From an uncultured Acidobacteriota bacterium (GTDB taxonomy: Bacteria > Acidobacteriota > Blastocatellia > RBC074), in assembly GCA_963796275.1 (NCBI GenBank), contig CAWCKY010000007.1:224001-288000 (forward strand): DNA of 64,000 bases. Direction: 5' to 3'. Shown here piece by piece: positions 41,074 through 52,039 of the stretch (positions within the stretch are counted from its first letter, which is position 1; each line of letters starts with the position of its first letter). The position numbers were made by a program, and so were the translations under genes. Under the pieces are notes generated by a model. It was not told the DNA's origin and did not search any database. It worked only from the letters and a program-made list of their open reading frames with translations.

Positions 41074-44000
41074 ATGCAAGTTCGACTGAGTCGCCTATAT
41101 ATCTGCTTGGTCGTGGGGCTTTTAGTTTGTCTATGGTATGGAGAAGGCGTGCGTGGGCAAACTGCCGCGACGATTGTCGGTGACGTCATTGATTCCGTTG
41201 GCGCGGTGGCGCCCAACGTAATCATTACTGTAATTCACGAAGGGACGAAAATTGAGCGCAAGGTGCAGACCAATGAGGCGGGGCAATACCGTGTGACTCC
41301 ACTCAACCCTGGCACGTATACCATTCAGGTGGAAGCGGCGGGCTTCAAGAAGGAGGTACGTACGGGGGTTGTTCTCGAAGTCGCCGCCGTTCTAGAGGTC
41401 GACTTCAGCCTGCAGATCGGAGAGGTAACGGAGACGATCGGTATCACAGGCGTTACGCCGACCTTGCAGACGGAGAGTGCATCGGTCGGCAGCGTCGTCG
41501 ATTCGCGTGAGCTGCAGCATCTGCCTGTGAATCAGCGGAACTATACGCGCCTGATCCTGCTGATGCCGGGAACCAGTTCGGTCTCCCGCAGCCAGCAGCA
41601 AGGCGTCAGTCAATCCGGCACGTCGTTATTCTCCGTCAACGGCGGTCGTCCGCAGGATAACAACTTTACGCTGGACGGCGTCGATTCGAACATGCAGATG
41701 ATGAACTCGCCGGGCATCTCGCCGCCGATGGATGCGATTCAGGAGTTCAAGGTCGCCACCAACACCGGCTCGGAGTTCGGGCGCTCGATGGGCGCCAATG
41801 TCAGTATGGTTATGAAGTCCGGCACGCGCGATTTGCACGGAACGGTCTATGAGTACCTGCGCAATGATGTCTTCGATGCCAACGAATTCTTCGCCAATCG
41901 AAGCGGATTGGGTAAGACCCCGTTTCGTTTGAACCAATACGGCGTTTCGCTAGGTGGACCGGTGCTGTTGCCGAAAGTCGACTTGCGCGACAAGATGTTC
42001 TGGTTCTTCTCCTGGGAAGGTTTTCGTCGCCGCCGCGGTAGCACGCTGGTGGCGAGCGTGCCGACGGAGGACTTCCGCAACGGCAACTTCTCCAGCCTGC
42101 TCAACCGAAGCACCCCGATCTATCTGAAGGATCCGTTGCTGACGGGGAGGTGCGATTCCGGCGACCAGACAGCTTGTTTCGAGAACAACATCATTCCGCA
42201 GGACCGCATCAATGCGTCCATCCAAAACGCCATGGCGGCAATTGTCCCGCTGCCGAATCGGCCAGGAGAGACCAACAACCTGGTCTCAAACCGCAGTGTG
42301 GCCAACGATCGCGACCTTTTCAATGTGCGTTGGGATTACAACCTCAGTTCGAACGATAGCTTCAACTTCCGTTACAGCCGTCAAAACGCAGATTTGAGGG
42401 AGCCTCAATCCAATCCGTCATTCACTCGGCTCAGCCAGTTTGACGTGACCAACTTAGGGGGGAACTGGATTCATGTATTCAGTCCGACCACGACCCTCGA
42501 AGTCGGGTTCGGTTTCAATCATCCTGACGGCGGTGGCGGCATATTGGATAAGCCGATTACGCGCGCCGAGTTCTTGGACCTCACCGGCATGCAGATGTAT
42601 CAGCGCGAGGTCTTCGGCGACCCGCTGGTCAACATCGGCTTCGCTCCTTATTCAACGGGCGGCGGCGGGGCCGAGGTGATCGGCGACCGCATCTACCAGA
42701 GCCGGGCAAATATGACAATGGTTCGTGGCCGGCATTCGTGGAAATTCGGCGGCCAGTACCATTATCGCAAGTTCTACACCAACACGGGAAATCCTATGGA
42801 CGGCAACGCCGACTTCAGCGGCTTAATTACATCGAGCGAGATTCGAGATTCCGCGGGAAATCTGGTGAGTAGCGGAAGTCCGGGGTTTCCGATGGCCGAC
42901 GCGCTGTTGGGTTACCCCACGGAGATACGCCGCGGTCAGGGCAACACTTTGACGGACGGCATCGGACATTTCATGCTCGGCTATGTAAGCGATGACTGGC
43001 GGGTCAGCAAGAATCTGACGATCAATCTTGGCTTGATGTACCAGGTTTCCACTCGTCCGTATGACTCTACCGGGCAATTGGGCAATCTGTGGGTTCATCA
43101 GGATGAGTCGGGCAGAATCGTCGGCGATTTGATGTGGGCGACGACCAACCCGGAGATTGACCCTGTAACCAAAAACCGCAATGAGCCTGCGCGCACCTTC
43201 GGGTTCGGCAATTCATTAATCCAGAACGACTATAATGACTTCGCTCCGCGCATCGGCATCGCCTACAAACTCGGTTCGAAGACAGTTATACGATCGGGCT
43301 TCGGCATATTCTACAATTCAACTTTTGTGCAAGAGTTGCAGGACATGCGGAAGTTCTGGCCCTTCACCATTCAGCAGGTCTTCAGTCCTAACCGCGGGAC
43401 GCTGGACAAACTGTCGATTACTGACCCGGGCCCGAGCTTCTCGAACACCGCGGAGATCGGCGGCTGGCCACAGAATCCGGAGAATCGCTCGCCCTATTCG
43501 ATGCAGTGGAACTTCTTCATCCAGCGCGAACTCATGAACGACCTATCGCTCGACATCGGCTACGTCGGCTCAGGCAGCCGTAAGCAGATCGGCTACTCGC
43601 CCTTCAACAATGCGCTGACGCCCGGTCCCGGGGACATCAACCCGCGGCGTCTGTTGCCGCAGTTCGGCGACCTCGACGGCGGTTCGAACCAGTACAACGG
43701 ATCTTACAACAGTCTACAGGTATCGCTGCTCAAGCGATTCTCGGGCGGATTTCTGCTCAACACGAACTACACCTGGCAGAAATCGCTCGACGGCCAGTCC
43801 TCACTGGCAGAGGTAAAGGTCCAGAATCCGTTCGATCGCCGGCAAGACTATTCGCGATCGAGCTGGGACATCAACCACGTCTTCAATGTCTCCTATGTCT
43901 ACGAACTGCCGTTCGGCAAAGGCCGTAAGTTCGGCGCGAACTGGGCCAAACCGGCCGACTTGCTATTGGGAGGATGGTCGTTACAGGGGATCACGCGGCT

Positions 44001-44406
44001 CGAATCAGGGCCGCCGATAAACGTCATTACCGGACAGGACATCGCCAATACGGGCCGTTCGAGCCAGCGCCCCAACCTGGTGGGAGATCCGAACGCGGGC
44101 GCCAAGACGCCGGATGAGTGGTTCAACACTCAGGCGTTCGTAAGACCGGCGCAATATACTTTTGGGAATGCGGGTGCATTTATTACCAATGCAGACGGCA
44201 TCGTGGTCGTCGACATTGCGCTGGAGAAGAAATTCGCGATTCGTGAAAACCACGCCCTGGAATTCAAGACCGAGTTCTTCAATATTCCAAACAACGTCAA
44301 TTTCGGCGACCCGGTGGGCGCGATGAACAACCAGAACTTCGGACAGATCACCAGCCAGCGGGGAAACCCGAGGCAAATCCAGTTCAGTCTGCGATACCGC
44401 TTCTGA
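41074..44406 (+). CDS. TonB-dependent receptor (Oar-like)
   Basis: LPVNQRNY, KSGTRDLHG..YLRN, NDFAPRIGIAY, QFSLRYRF; AGGAGG RBS. Confidence 0.93.
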   Translation: MQVRLSRLYICLVVGLLVCLWYGEGVRGQTAATIVGDVIDSVGAVAPNVIITVIHEGTKIERKVQTNEAGQYRVTPLNPGTYTIQVEAAGFKKEVRTGVVLEVAAVLEVDFSLQIGEVTETIGITGVTPTLQTESASVGSVVDSRELQHLPVNQRNYTRLILLMPGTSSVSRSQQQGVSQSGTSLFSVNGGRPQDNNFTLDGVDSNMQMMNSPGISPPMDAIQEFKVATNTGSEFGRSMGANVSMVMKSGTRDLHGTVYEYLRNDVFDANEFFANRSGLGKTPFRLNQYGVSLGGPVLLPKVDLRDKMFWFFSWEGFRRRRGSTLVASVPTEDFRNGNFSSLLNRSTPIYLKDPLLTGRCDSGDQTACFENNIIPQDRINASIQNAMAAIVPLPNRPGETNNLVSNRSVANDRDLFNVRWDYNLSSNDSFNFRYSRQNADLREPQSNPSFTRLSQFDVTNLGGNWIHVFSPTTTLEVGFGFNHPDGGGGILDKPITRAEFLDLTGMQMYQREVFGDPLVNIGFAPYSTGGGGAEVIGDRIYQSRANMTMVRGRHSWKFGGQYHYRKFYTNTGNPMDGNADFSGLITSSEIRDSAGNLVSSGSPGFPMADALLGYPTEIRRGQGNTLTDGIGHFMLGYVSDDWRVSKNLTINLGLMYQVSTRPYDSTGQLGNLWVHQDESGRIVGDLMWATTNPEIDPVTKNRNEPARTFGFGNSLIQNDYNDFAPRIGIAYKLGSKTVIRSGFGIFYNSTFVQELQDMRKFWPFTIQQVFSPNRGTLDKLSITDPGPSFSNTAEIGGWPQNPENRSPYSMQWNFFIQRELMNDLSLDIGYVGSGSRKQIGYSPFNNALTPGPGDINPRRLLPQFGDLDGGSNQYNGSYNSLQVSLLKRFSGGFLLNTNYTWQKSLDGQSSLAEVKVQNPFDRRQDYSRSSWDINHVFNVSYVYELPFGKGRKFGANWAKPADLLLGGWSLQGITRLESGPPINVITGQDIANTGRSSQRPNLVGDPNAGAKTPDEWFNTQAFVRPAQYTFGNAGAFITNADGIVVVDIALEKKFAIRENHALEFKTEFFNIPNNVNFGDPVGAMNNQNFGQITSQRGNPRQIQFSLRYRF

Positions 44407-44432
44407 TCTGCATAGGAAGTCTCACGCAACGT

Positions 44433-44509
44433 CGCCAGGGCGAAAAGAAAGGAAGAATAAAGGAAAGAGGATATTCCTTACATCTTTTCCTTCAATTTGC
44501 GCCCTGGCG
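44433..44509. repeat. Imperfect inverted repeat downstream of the receptor (REP-like or terminator)
   Basis: CGCCAGGGCG ... CGCCCTGGCG enclosing complementary purine- and pyrimidine-rich arms. Confidence 0.5.
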
Positions 44510-44845
44510 CTTTGCTTGGGGAAGATGCCCGATGGATTTGTCACTCACCGATAGACCATCGATGCGGAAACCTATGACCGATGATGTATTGGTCACCGTT
44601 CGCCTTACCGCGCGAAACGCGCCGCCGCACTATCTACTGTTGCTCTTAGCTTGACCGTATCGGCAAGCGGTCGCCTCAGCCTTTTCACGCAAAAGGATCA
44701 GCCCGGCGAACGGAGTCAAATGATATGGACAATGGCCGGAATTCGCTTATTATCACCAGAGAATTTTAGAGCAGCATGTAATAAGAAGATGGTTTCAAGC
44801 GACAGTAATCGCCTTCAATTTAATACGAGGTAGGACAGCTATAGC

Positions 44846-45829
44846 ATGAAGGTCTTGGTCACAGGCAGCGCCGGCCATCTGGGCGAGGCGCTTGTTCGCA
44901 CGTTGAGAAAGACAAGCCACGAGGTCATCGGCATCGACCTCCTTCACTCGGACTTCACCGACAGGATCGGTTCGATTACCGATCGGGATTTTGTCAGGGG
45001 ATGCCTGGAAGATGTAGACGCAGTTCTACACGCGGCGACCCTGCATAAACCACATCTCTTCACGCACAGCCGGCAGAGCTTCGTTGACACGAATATCGCA
45101 GGCACGCTCAATCTCCTGGAAGAGACCGCGTCCGCCGGCATCGGCTCGTTTATCTTCACCAGCACGACCAGCACCTTTGGCAACGCGATGAGGCCGCCCG
45201 CCGGGGCCCCGGCTGCCTGGGTGACCGAGGATGTCACGCCTATTCCCAGAAACATCTATGGTGTGACAAAGACCGCGGCGGAGAACATGTGCGAATTATT
45301 TCACCGAAATCACCGGATGGCGTGCCTAATTTTGAGAACCTCGCGCTTCTTTCCGGAGGACGACGACCACAAGGAGACGCGGGAAGCCTACGACGGTGGC
45401 AACCTTAAAGCGAACGAGTTTCTCTACCGGCGCGTGGATCTCGAGGATGTCGTGAGCGCTCATCTCCTCGCCCTCGAGAAGGCTCCTGAACTCGGCTTCG
45501 GCCGTTACATCATCAGCGCGACCACGCCTTTCACCCGTGACGATCTGTACGATTTGCGCGCCAACGCGCCTCTGGCGCTTAAGCGAAAGTACCCCGCCTA
45601 TGAAGAAGTGTACGCGCGTCACAGCTGGAAGATGTTCCCCAGCATTGACAGAGTGTATGTCAACCAGCGAGCAAGGAACGATCTCGGCTGGCGCCCGCGG
45701 TATGACTTCGAGTACGTGCTTGAGAAGCTGAGATCGGGTGGTGATCCGCGCAGCCCTTTGTCGCTTGCAGTAGGATCGAAGGGGTACCATGCACAAAAGT
45801 TCACAGAAGGGCCTTACCCCGTGGGTTGA
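44846..45829 (+). CDS. NAD-dependent epimerase/dehydratase
   Basis: VTGSAGHLG, YGVTK. Confidence 0.9.
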   Translation: MKVLVTGSAGHLGEALVRTLRKTSHEVIGIDLLHSDFTDRIGSITDRDFVRGCLEDVDAVLHAATLHKPHLFTHSRQSFVDTNIAGTLNLLEETASAGIGSFIFTSTTSTFGNAMRPPAGAPAAWVTEDVTPIPRNIYGVTKTAAENMCELFHRNHRMACLILRTSRFFPEDDDHKETREAYDGGNLKANEFLYRRVDLEDVVSAHLLALEKAPELGFGRYIISATTPFTRDDLYDLRANAPLALKRKYPAYEEVYARHSWKMFPSIDRVYVNQRARNDLGWRPRYDFEYVLEKLRSGGDPRSPLSLAVGSKGYHAQKFTEGPYPVG

Positions 45830-46119
45830 TATTGAATCCGATACTCACTGTCCCCCAGTCATAGATTCACTTTCCGGGTTTTAATCCGATCAGGCATATC
45901 AGTCGCCATTTTTCACGAAGACTATCGGGCCCTTTGTGATCTTGGACATATGCGTCATCCATTGACATTCAGCCTGAAGCTCAATAGTACGTATTTATCC
46001 ATCTGATAACCGCAGCAGGTGGTAGCACGTCGCTTTCGAATACTTCGGAGTTATAATAGCTCACGCGGTAAAGGTTGTAACAGAAATCTCACGCAAAGAA
46101 ATCAACAGGAGCACACACG

Positions 46120-47592
46120 ATGAAGCCCGTAACATTGCTGAACGCGCTTTGCGTCATCGGTCTGGTGGCGCTGGGATTGAGCTACCCTCTCAAGTCCACC
46201 ACGAAGGCGCAGCTCAAACGTCCGAACGTCCTCTGGCTGATCGCCGAGGATTTCGGGGTCGAGCTGGGGTGCTATGGAACGCGGGAAGTCTGGACGCCGA
46301 ACCTCGATAAGCTGGCGGCTGATGGAATGCGCTTCACGCGCGCTTATTCAACCGCGCCGGTCTGCTCGCCATCTCGCTCGGCACTCATGACCGGCATGTA
46401 TCAAACGACCATCGGCGCGCACAACCATCGGTCGCATCGCGACGACGGCTACCAGCTGCCGGCTGGCGTGCGCTTGCTGAACGATTGGCTGCGCGACGCG
46501 GGGTACTTCACCGCGAACCTGCGCCAGTTGCCGCAGGAGTTCGGCTTCAAAGGCGCGGGCAAGAACGATTGGAACTTTACCTATGAAGGTCAGCCCTGGG
46601 ATTCGGCTAACTGGGACGATCTCAAAGCGCATCAGCCCTTCTACGCTCAAATCAATTTCAAAGAGACGCATCGCACGTTCGTCTCGCCGCGCCGCGCCGA
46701 TCCAAGTAAGGTCGTCATCCCGCCTTACTACCCGGATCATCCGATCACGCGCGAGGATTGGGCCAAGTATCTGGACGCGGCGACCGAGCTCGATGAGAAG
46801 ATCGGCAGTGTGTTGCGGCAGCTCGAGGCCGATGGAATGGCGGATAATACTGTCATCATCTTCTTCGGCGATAACGGCCAGGCGCACGTGCGCGGAAAGC
46901 AGTTCGTCTATGAGAGCGGGCTGCATATCCCATTGCTGATTCGCTGGCCGAAGAATTTTCCCGCGCCGAAGAACTTCGAGCCCGGGACGGTGAGCGATCA
47001 GCTCATCCTGTCGATCGACCTGACGGCTACGACGCTGGCAGTTGCCGGTGCGACAAAGCCGCCGAAGATGGAGGGACGCGTGTTGTTCGGCGAGATGGCT
47101 GAAGCTCCGCGACCATATGCTTTTGGTGCACGAGACCGTTGTGACGAGACGGTCTTCCGCCTGCGCACCGTGCGGGATAAGCAGTATCGCTACATCCGTA
47201 ACTTCACGCCCGACCGCCCCTTCCTGCAGCCGAACGAGTACAAAAAGAGACAGTACCCGGTCTGGACCTTGTTGCCGGAACTGGCGGCCCAGGGCAAGCT
47301 GACGGCGGTGCAGTCCGCGCTCGTCGCGCCGTCCATGCCTGCCGAAGAGTTGTACGATCTCAACGCCGACCCATATGAGATCGACAATATAGCCGATTCG
47401 CCGAAGCCCGAGCACAAAGCGACGATGAAGCGATTGCGTGCGGCGCTCAGCAAATGGATCGAGGAGACGAACGATCAGGGCCGCGTGCTCGAGCCGCCCG
47501 CGCTGGCTGCTGCGAAGGGTGCGACAAAACCCGGCGGTAATCCGAATGCAGAGGCGATCCGCCCGGCGCAAGTTGTAAAACCGGAAAAGTGA
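46120..47592 (+). CDS. Cys-type sulfatase, secreted
   Basis: PNVLW, TPNLD, CSPSRSALMTG, GDNG, ELYDL..DPYE. Confidence 0.93.
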   Translation: MKPVTLLNALCVIGLVALGLSYPLKSTTKAQLKRPNVLWLIAEDFGVELGCYGTREVWTPNLDKLAADGMRFTRAYSTAPVCSPSRSALMTGMYQTTIGAHNHRSHRDDGYQLPAGVRLLNDWLRDAGYFTANLRQLPQEFGFKGAGKNDWNFTYEGQPWDSANWDDLKAHQPFYAQINFKETHRTFVSPRRADPSKVVIPPYYPDHPITREDWAKYLDAATELDEKIGSVLRQLEADGMADNTVIIFFGDNGQAHVRGKQFVYESGLHIPLLIRWPKNFPAPKNFEPGTVSDQLILSIDLTATTLAVAGATKPPKMEGRVLFGEMAEAPRPYAFGARDRCDETVFRLRTVRDKQYRYIRNFTPDRPFLQPNEYKKRQYPVWTLLPELAAQGKLTAVQSALVAPSMPAEELYDLNADPYEIDNIADSPKPEHKATMKRLRAALSKWIEETNDQGRVLEPPALAAAKGATKPGGNPNAEAIRPAQVVKPEK

Positions 47593-47866
47593 GTGCGGAT
47601 CAGACGATGTCGTATACCGACTTCTGATTCAACCCGGTTTTTCATAGCGTTGTCATTACCCCATATTATTCCGCTTTTGCCATATTTGCCCCTTTGCCCC
47701 TTTGCCCCGGGAGGCCCTTTCAGGGCAAATCAATGAGCGCTCGCAAATGAAAAAATCTGGTTAACGACAGGCTTTCATAGCCGACGGCATTAAGCTAAGC
47801 TGCTGGGCAACTATAAAACATCGCAACGAGATGGCACACATGGCACATATGGCACACAAGACACAA

Positions 47867-48952
47867 ATGAAGCAATTATCTCTGGTTCTGTTGTTGGCCG
47901 CCCTCGCTTTCACCGGCGCGTGCCAAAGCGAACATGCCGGAAACGGCAGTTCGCATCAGCACAGCGCGGACGGCGCGCAGCCGAGCGCTGAATCGGCAGC
48001 CGCCGTGAGCATAAACAAGACGCCGCCCCCCGGCCCAGCGCCGGACGGAATGGTTTGGATTCCGGGCGGGACCTTCTGGATGGGTTGCGATGATTGCGAG
48101 ATGCCCGATGCTGCGCCCGCGCATCTGGTATCCGTAGACGGCTACTGGATGGACCGGACGCCGGTGACCAACGCTGAGTTTGCGAAGTTCGTCCAGGCCA
48201 CGGGTTACGCGACCATTGCTGAGCGCAAACCTGACCCGAAGGATTTTCCGGGTGCGCCGCCCGAGAATCTGGTCGCCGGCTGTGCTGTTTTTTCGCCGCC
48301 ATCCGAGGATATTCCGCTCGACAATCCTTACGCGTGGTGGCGCTACGTGCCAGGTGCGAATTGGAAAAATCCGGAAGGACCGGGCAGCTCGATCAAGGGC
48401 CGGGAAGATCATCCGGCAGTGCATATCGCCTGGGATGACGCCGTAGCCTATGCCAAGTGGGCTGGGAAGCGCTTACCGACCGAAGCGGAGTTCGAATTCG
48501 CTGCCCGCGGCGGGCTCGATCGCAACCACTACGTCTGGGGCAATGAATTGAAACCTGGGGGTAAGTGGCCGGCCAACATCTGGCAGGGCCGCTTTCCGTC
48601 GCAGAACACCAATGAAGACGGCTACCCGCGCACGGCGCCGGTGACCGCGTTTGCAAAGAACAACTTCGATCTGTATGACATGGGAGGGAACGTCTGGCAG
48701 TGGTGTTCGGATTGGTATCGGCCGGACTATTTCGAGCAGCAGGCGGGACAGGGAACTATTCGCAATCCGCAAGGGCCGTCAGACAGCTACGACCCGCAGG
48801 AACCGGGAATACCCAAGCGCGTGCAGAAGAGCGGCTCATTCCTCTGCAGCGATCAGTATTGTTCGCGCTACCTTGTCGGTAGCCGCGGCAAGGGCGCGGC
48901 AGACAGCGGAAGCTCCAATACAGGGTTCCGTTGCATCAAGCCGGCCGCTTAA
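47867..48952 (+). CDS. Formylglycine-generating enzyme family lipoprotein
   Basis: VTNAEF, KRLPTEAEFEFAARGG, DMGGNVWQW, GSFLCSDQYCSRY, GFRC. Confidence 0.92.
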   Translation: MKQLSLVLLLAALAFTGACQSEHAGNGSSHQHSADGAQPSAESAAAVSINKTPPPGPAPDGMVWIPGGTFWMGCDDCEMPDAAPAHLVSVDGYWMDRTPVTNAEFAKFVQATGYATIAERKPDPKDFPGAPPENLVAGCAVFSPPSEDIPLDNPYAWWRYVPGANWKNPEGPGSSIKGREDHPAVHIAWDDAVAYAKWAGKRLPTEAEFEFAARGGLDRNHYVWGNELKPGGKWPANIWQGRFPSQNTNEDGYPRTAPVTAFAKNNFDLYDMGGNVWQWCSDWYRPDYFEQQAGQGTIRNPQGPSDSYDPQEPGIPKRVQKSGSFLCSDQYCSRYLVGSRGKGAADSGSSNTGFRCIKPAA

Positions 48953-49189
48953 AATAGAAAGGATTCACTCGATACTACAATAAACTCCTTCCGATCGATC
49001 CTTCGAACTAGCAATCCGTTTGGGGTAGCTATCAGACTGATTTTTCTTTGGAGCAAACTAATTGCGCGATTGACTGAGTTAGTCCAAAGGCTTAAGATCA
49101 AAACCTCCCGCATAAATTTACCCAACAAATAAATTACCCAGCAGAATTCGAACATAATCCATGCGAAAGCGCGTTTTCGGGGGTCCAGA

Positions 49190-50242
49190 GTGTGGCGACC
49201 CACGTGGCGATTGATTATGGACAGTTACAGGTGGGATTTAATTGGTAGGGAGCGTGGTCAAGCCCTGCCGGTTCTGCTCGCGGGAGTTCCCGAACAGGTG
49301 ACCAATATTTTTCAGCCGTATTCAACGCCGGGTGAGTTGATCTATCAACTCTCGCTGCTGACGTTGGCTATCTGTGGGACCATATTTCTGATAGTTGCCG
49401 GCATATTGTTCTATACCATCATCCGTTTCAGAAAGCGGCCGAATGACGAGCAGAGTGAGCCTCCGCAGATCTATGGGAGCAACCAGATAGAACTGGCCTG
49501 GACCGTTCTTCCGATTCTGATCGTCTCCGTGCTGTTTCTGGTGACCGCGCGGACGATCGGTGACGTGCAGAACGCCGTACACCCCCCGGATTCGCTCAAG
49601 GTAAATGTGGTCGGCCACCAATGGTGGTGGGAGATACGCTATCCCGATCTGGGGATCGTGACGGCGAACGAACTACACGTGCCGGTCAGCGATTCAGAGC
49701 GGCCGCGGCGAACTGTTCTGAAGTTGCAGTCGGCCGATGTCGCACATAGTTTCTGGGTTCCCCAGCTCGGCGGGAAGACTGACCTGATTCCAAACCGCGA
49801 CAACTATATGTGGTTCGATCCCAGGGAGACGGGAGTCTATCGGGGTAACTGCGCAGAGTATTGCGGCACTCAGCACGCGCACATGCTCATTCGCGTGATC
49901 GTCCATCGACAAGACGAGTTCGACCGATGGGTGGCCGAACAGCAGAAGCCGGCGGTTGAAGACGCACAGGTAGCGACAGGACGGAAAGTTTTCCTCTCGA
50001 CCTCGTGCGTCAACTGCCACACGATCCGCGGAACGACCGCCAGTGGGATGTTCGGCCCCGACCTGACTCATCTGATGAGCCGGGAGACGCTGGGTTCCGG
50101 TGCGATTAAGAATACGCCCGAATTGTTGCGGGATTGGGTGAGCGATCCGCAAAAGATGAAAGAGGGTTGTTTGATGCCCGATATGCAGCTTTCACAGCAG
50201 GAGCTGGATCAAATCGTGGCCTATCTCATGATGTTGAAATAG
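49190..50242 (+). CDS. coxB: Cytochrome c oxidase subunit II, caa3 type (CuA + cytochrome c); start may be 49217
   Basis: ELAWT, GHQWWW, DVAHSFWVP, CAEYCGTQHAHM, CVNCH. Confidence 0.95.
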   Translation: MWRPTWRLIMDSYRWDLIGRERGQALPVLLAGVPEQVTNIFQPYSTPGELIYQLSLLTLAICGTIFLIVAGILFYTIIRFRKRPNDEQSEPPQIYGSNQIELAWTVLPILIVSVLFLVTARTIGDVQNAVHPPDSLKVNVVGHQWWWEIRYPDLGIVTANELHVPVSDSERPRRTVLKLQSADVAHSFWVPQLGGKTDLIPNRDNYMWFDPRETGVYRGNCAEYCGTQHAHMLIRVIVHRQDEFDRWVAEQQKPAVEDAQVATGRKVFLSTSCVNCHTIRGTTASGMFGPDLTHLMSRETLGSGAIKNTPELLRDWVSDPQKMKEGCLMPDMQLSQQELDQIVAYLMMLK

Positions 50243-50323
50243 TTTTCAGTTTTTAGTTTTAAGTTTTCGGTTGACTGAAATGCCAATGATCTCCGCAGGG
50301 GAAAAACTGAAAACTGAAAACTG
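50241..50323. repeat. Inverted heptamer arrays between coxB and coxA
   Basis: AGTTTT(C/T/A) units facing AAAACTG units. Confidence 0.75.
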
Positions 50324-50339
50324 ATTTTGAGGAGTAGCA

Positions 50340-52016
50340 ATGGCCACAAAAGCGATTGCGTTAGAGGGTGCGCCGGGAGCCCGTCTTCCCATCACGACTC
50401 GGCTAAACGATCTGGTTTTCACGGTAGACCACAAGAAGCTCGGCCTGATGTATATCGCTTCGGCACTGTTCTTCTTTGCGGTGGCGGGCTCGATGGCCGC
50501 AGTCATGCGATTGCAACTTGTCGTTCCGAATAACGACCTCGTCTCCCCACAAGTCTTCAATCGTTTCTTCACGATGCACGGGACCGCAATGGTCTTCCTG
50601 GTCGGCATGCCGATTCTGGCCGGGTTAGGGAACTATCTGGTGCCGCTGATGATTGGGGCGCGCGATATGGCCTTTCCCAGACTCAACGCCTTTGGCTTCT
50701 GGATGTTCTTCTTCGGCGGGCTGATGCTCTATTTCAGCTATCTCGCGGCGCCCGGACTGACGGGCATCGGCTCGGCTCCGGACGTCGGCTGGTTCGCCTA
50801 TGCGCCGTTGACCGCCCGTGCCTTCTCCCCCGGGCAGAGCACCGACTTCTGGATTTTGAGCATTATGCTTGGCGGCGTCGGGAGCATCGTCACAGCGATC
50901 AATCTCATCGCGACTATTGTCAGTATGCGATGCAAGGGAATGACGCTCATGCATATGCCGCTGCTCGTCTGGATGATGCTGATCGTGGCGGGAATGATCC
51001 TGCTCGCCATGCCTCCGCTGTCGGCGGCGCAAATCATGCTCTTGCTCGACCGGTATCTCGGAGCGATGTTCTTCGACACCCAGTCTGGCGGATCGGCGGT
51101 GTTGTGGCAGCACTTCTTCTGGATCTTCGGTCACCCTGAAGTCTACATATTGATTATCCCGGGTTTCGCCTGTATCTCGGAGATCATTCCCGTCTTTTCC
51201 CGCAAGCCGATCTTCGGATACCCGTTTATGGTGGCTGCAGTTGTCATGCTCGGCTTCATAAGTCTGGGCGTCTGGGCGCATCACATGTTCACAGTAGGGA
51301 TGAGTTCGATTGGCAACACCTTCTTCGCTATCACGACGATGCTGGTGGCAGTTCCCACGGGTATCAAAATCTTCAATTGGCTGGGAACGATGTATGGAGG
51401 CAAGATTCGCTTTGAACCCCCGATGCTCTTTTGCATTGGGTTCCTCTTTCAGTTTCTCATCGCGGGACTGACTGGCGTTATGCTGGCAGCAGCCCCGTTC
51501 GATTGGCAGTTGAGCGACTCCACCTTCGTGGTGGCCCACTTCCACTTTGTGCTGATCGGCGGCCTCCTCTATGCAGTTTTTGCAGGAATCTATTACTGGT
51601 ATCCGAAAGCCATCGGCAGAATGCTCAACAAGAAGCTGGGTCTCTGGCATTTCTGGCTCTTCACCATCGGGTTCCATCTCACCTTCGACACCATGCACCT
51701 CCCGGGACTTCTGGGAATGCCGCGACGAATTTATACCTACGATGACGGGCGAGGGTGGGAGATCTTCAACCAGATTTCGACGATCGGAGTTGCCTTTCAG
51801 GGCGCGGCTGTCCTCTGTTTCGTTATCAACCTGATCCGGTCCGCGCGGAATGGCGAGGAAGCGGGTGATGATCCCTGGGATGCTTGGACGCTCGAATGGT
51901 CCACGACTTCACCACCTCCACCGTATAACTTCGAAGTTTTGCCGAAAGTGAGGAGCACGCGCCCGTTATGGGACCTTAAGCATCCGGAAGATCCGGACTG
52001 GCGATACGAAGGCTAA
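50340..52016 (+). CDS. coxA: Cytochrome c oxidase subunit I, A1 type
   Basis: TMHG, DMAFPRLN, FGHPEVY, WAHHM, TGIK, VAHFH, GMPRR. Confidence 0.97.
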   Translation: MATKAIALEGAPGARLPITTRLNDLVFTVDHKKLGLMYIASALFFFAVAGSMAAVMRLQLVVPNNDLVSPQVFNRFFTMHGTAMVFLVGMPILAGLGNYLVPLMIGARDMAFPRLNAFGFWMFFFGGLMLYFSYLAAPGLTGIGSAPDVGWFAYAPLTARAFSPGQSTDFWILSIMLGGVGSIVTAINLIATIVSMRCKGMTLMHMPLLVWMMLIVAGMILLAMPPLSAAQIMLLLDRYLGAMFFDTQSGGSAVLWQHFFWIFGHPEVYILIIPGFACISEIIPVFSRKPIFGYPFMVAAVVMLGFISLGVWAHHMFTVGMSSIGNTFFAITTMLVAVPTGIKIFNWLGTMYGGKIRFEPPMLFCIGFLFQFLIAGLTGVMLAAAPFDWQLSDSTFVVAHFHFVLIGGLLYAVFAGIYYWYPKAIGRMLNKKLGLWHFWLFTIGFHLTFDTMHLPGLLGMPRRIYTYDDGRGWEIFNQISTIGVAFQGAAVLCFVINLIRSARNGEEAGDDPWDAWTLEWSTTSPPPPYNFEVLPKVRSTRPLWDLKHPEDPDWRYEG

Positions 52017-52039
52017 AGGGCAGGAGAGAGGGAATATCT

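Noticed and set aside
46348-47571. 407-aa antisense ORF, and similar ones at 8641..9465, 14558..15442, 50625..51698
   Set aside because: Shadow ORFs opposite well-supported genes in GC-rich DNA, with no motifs
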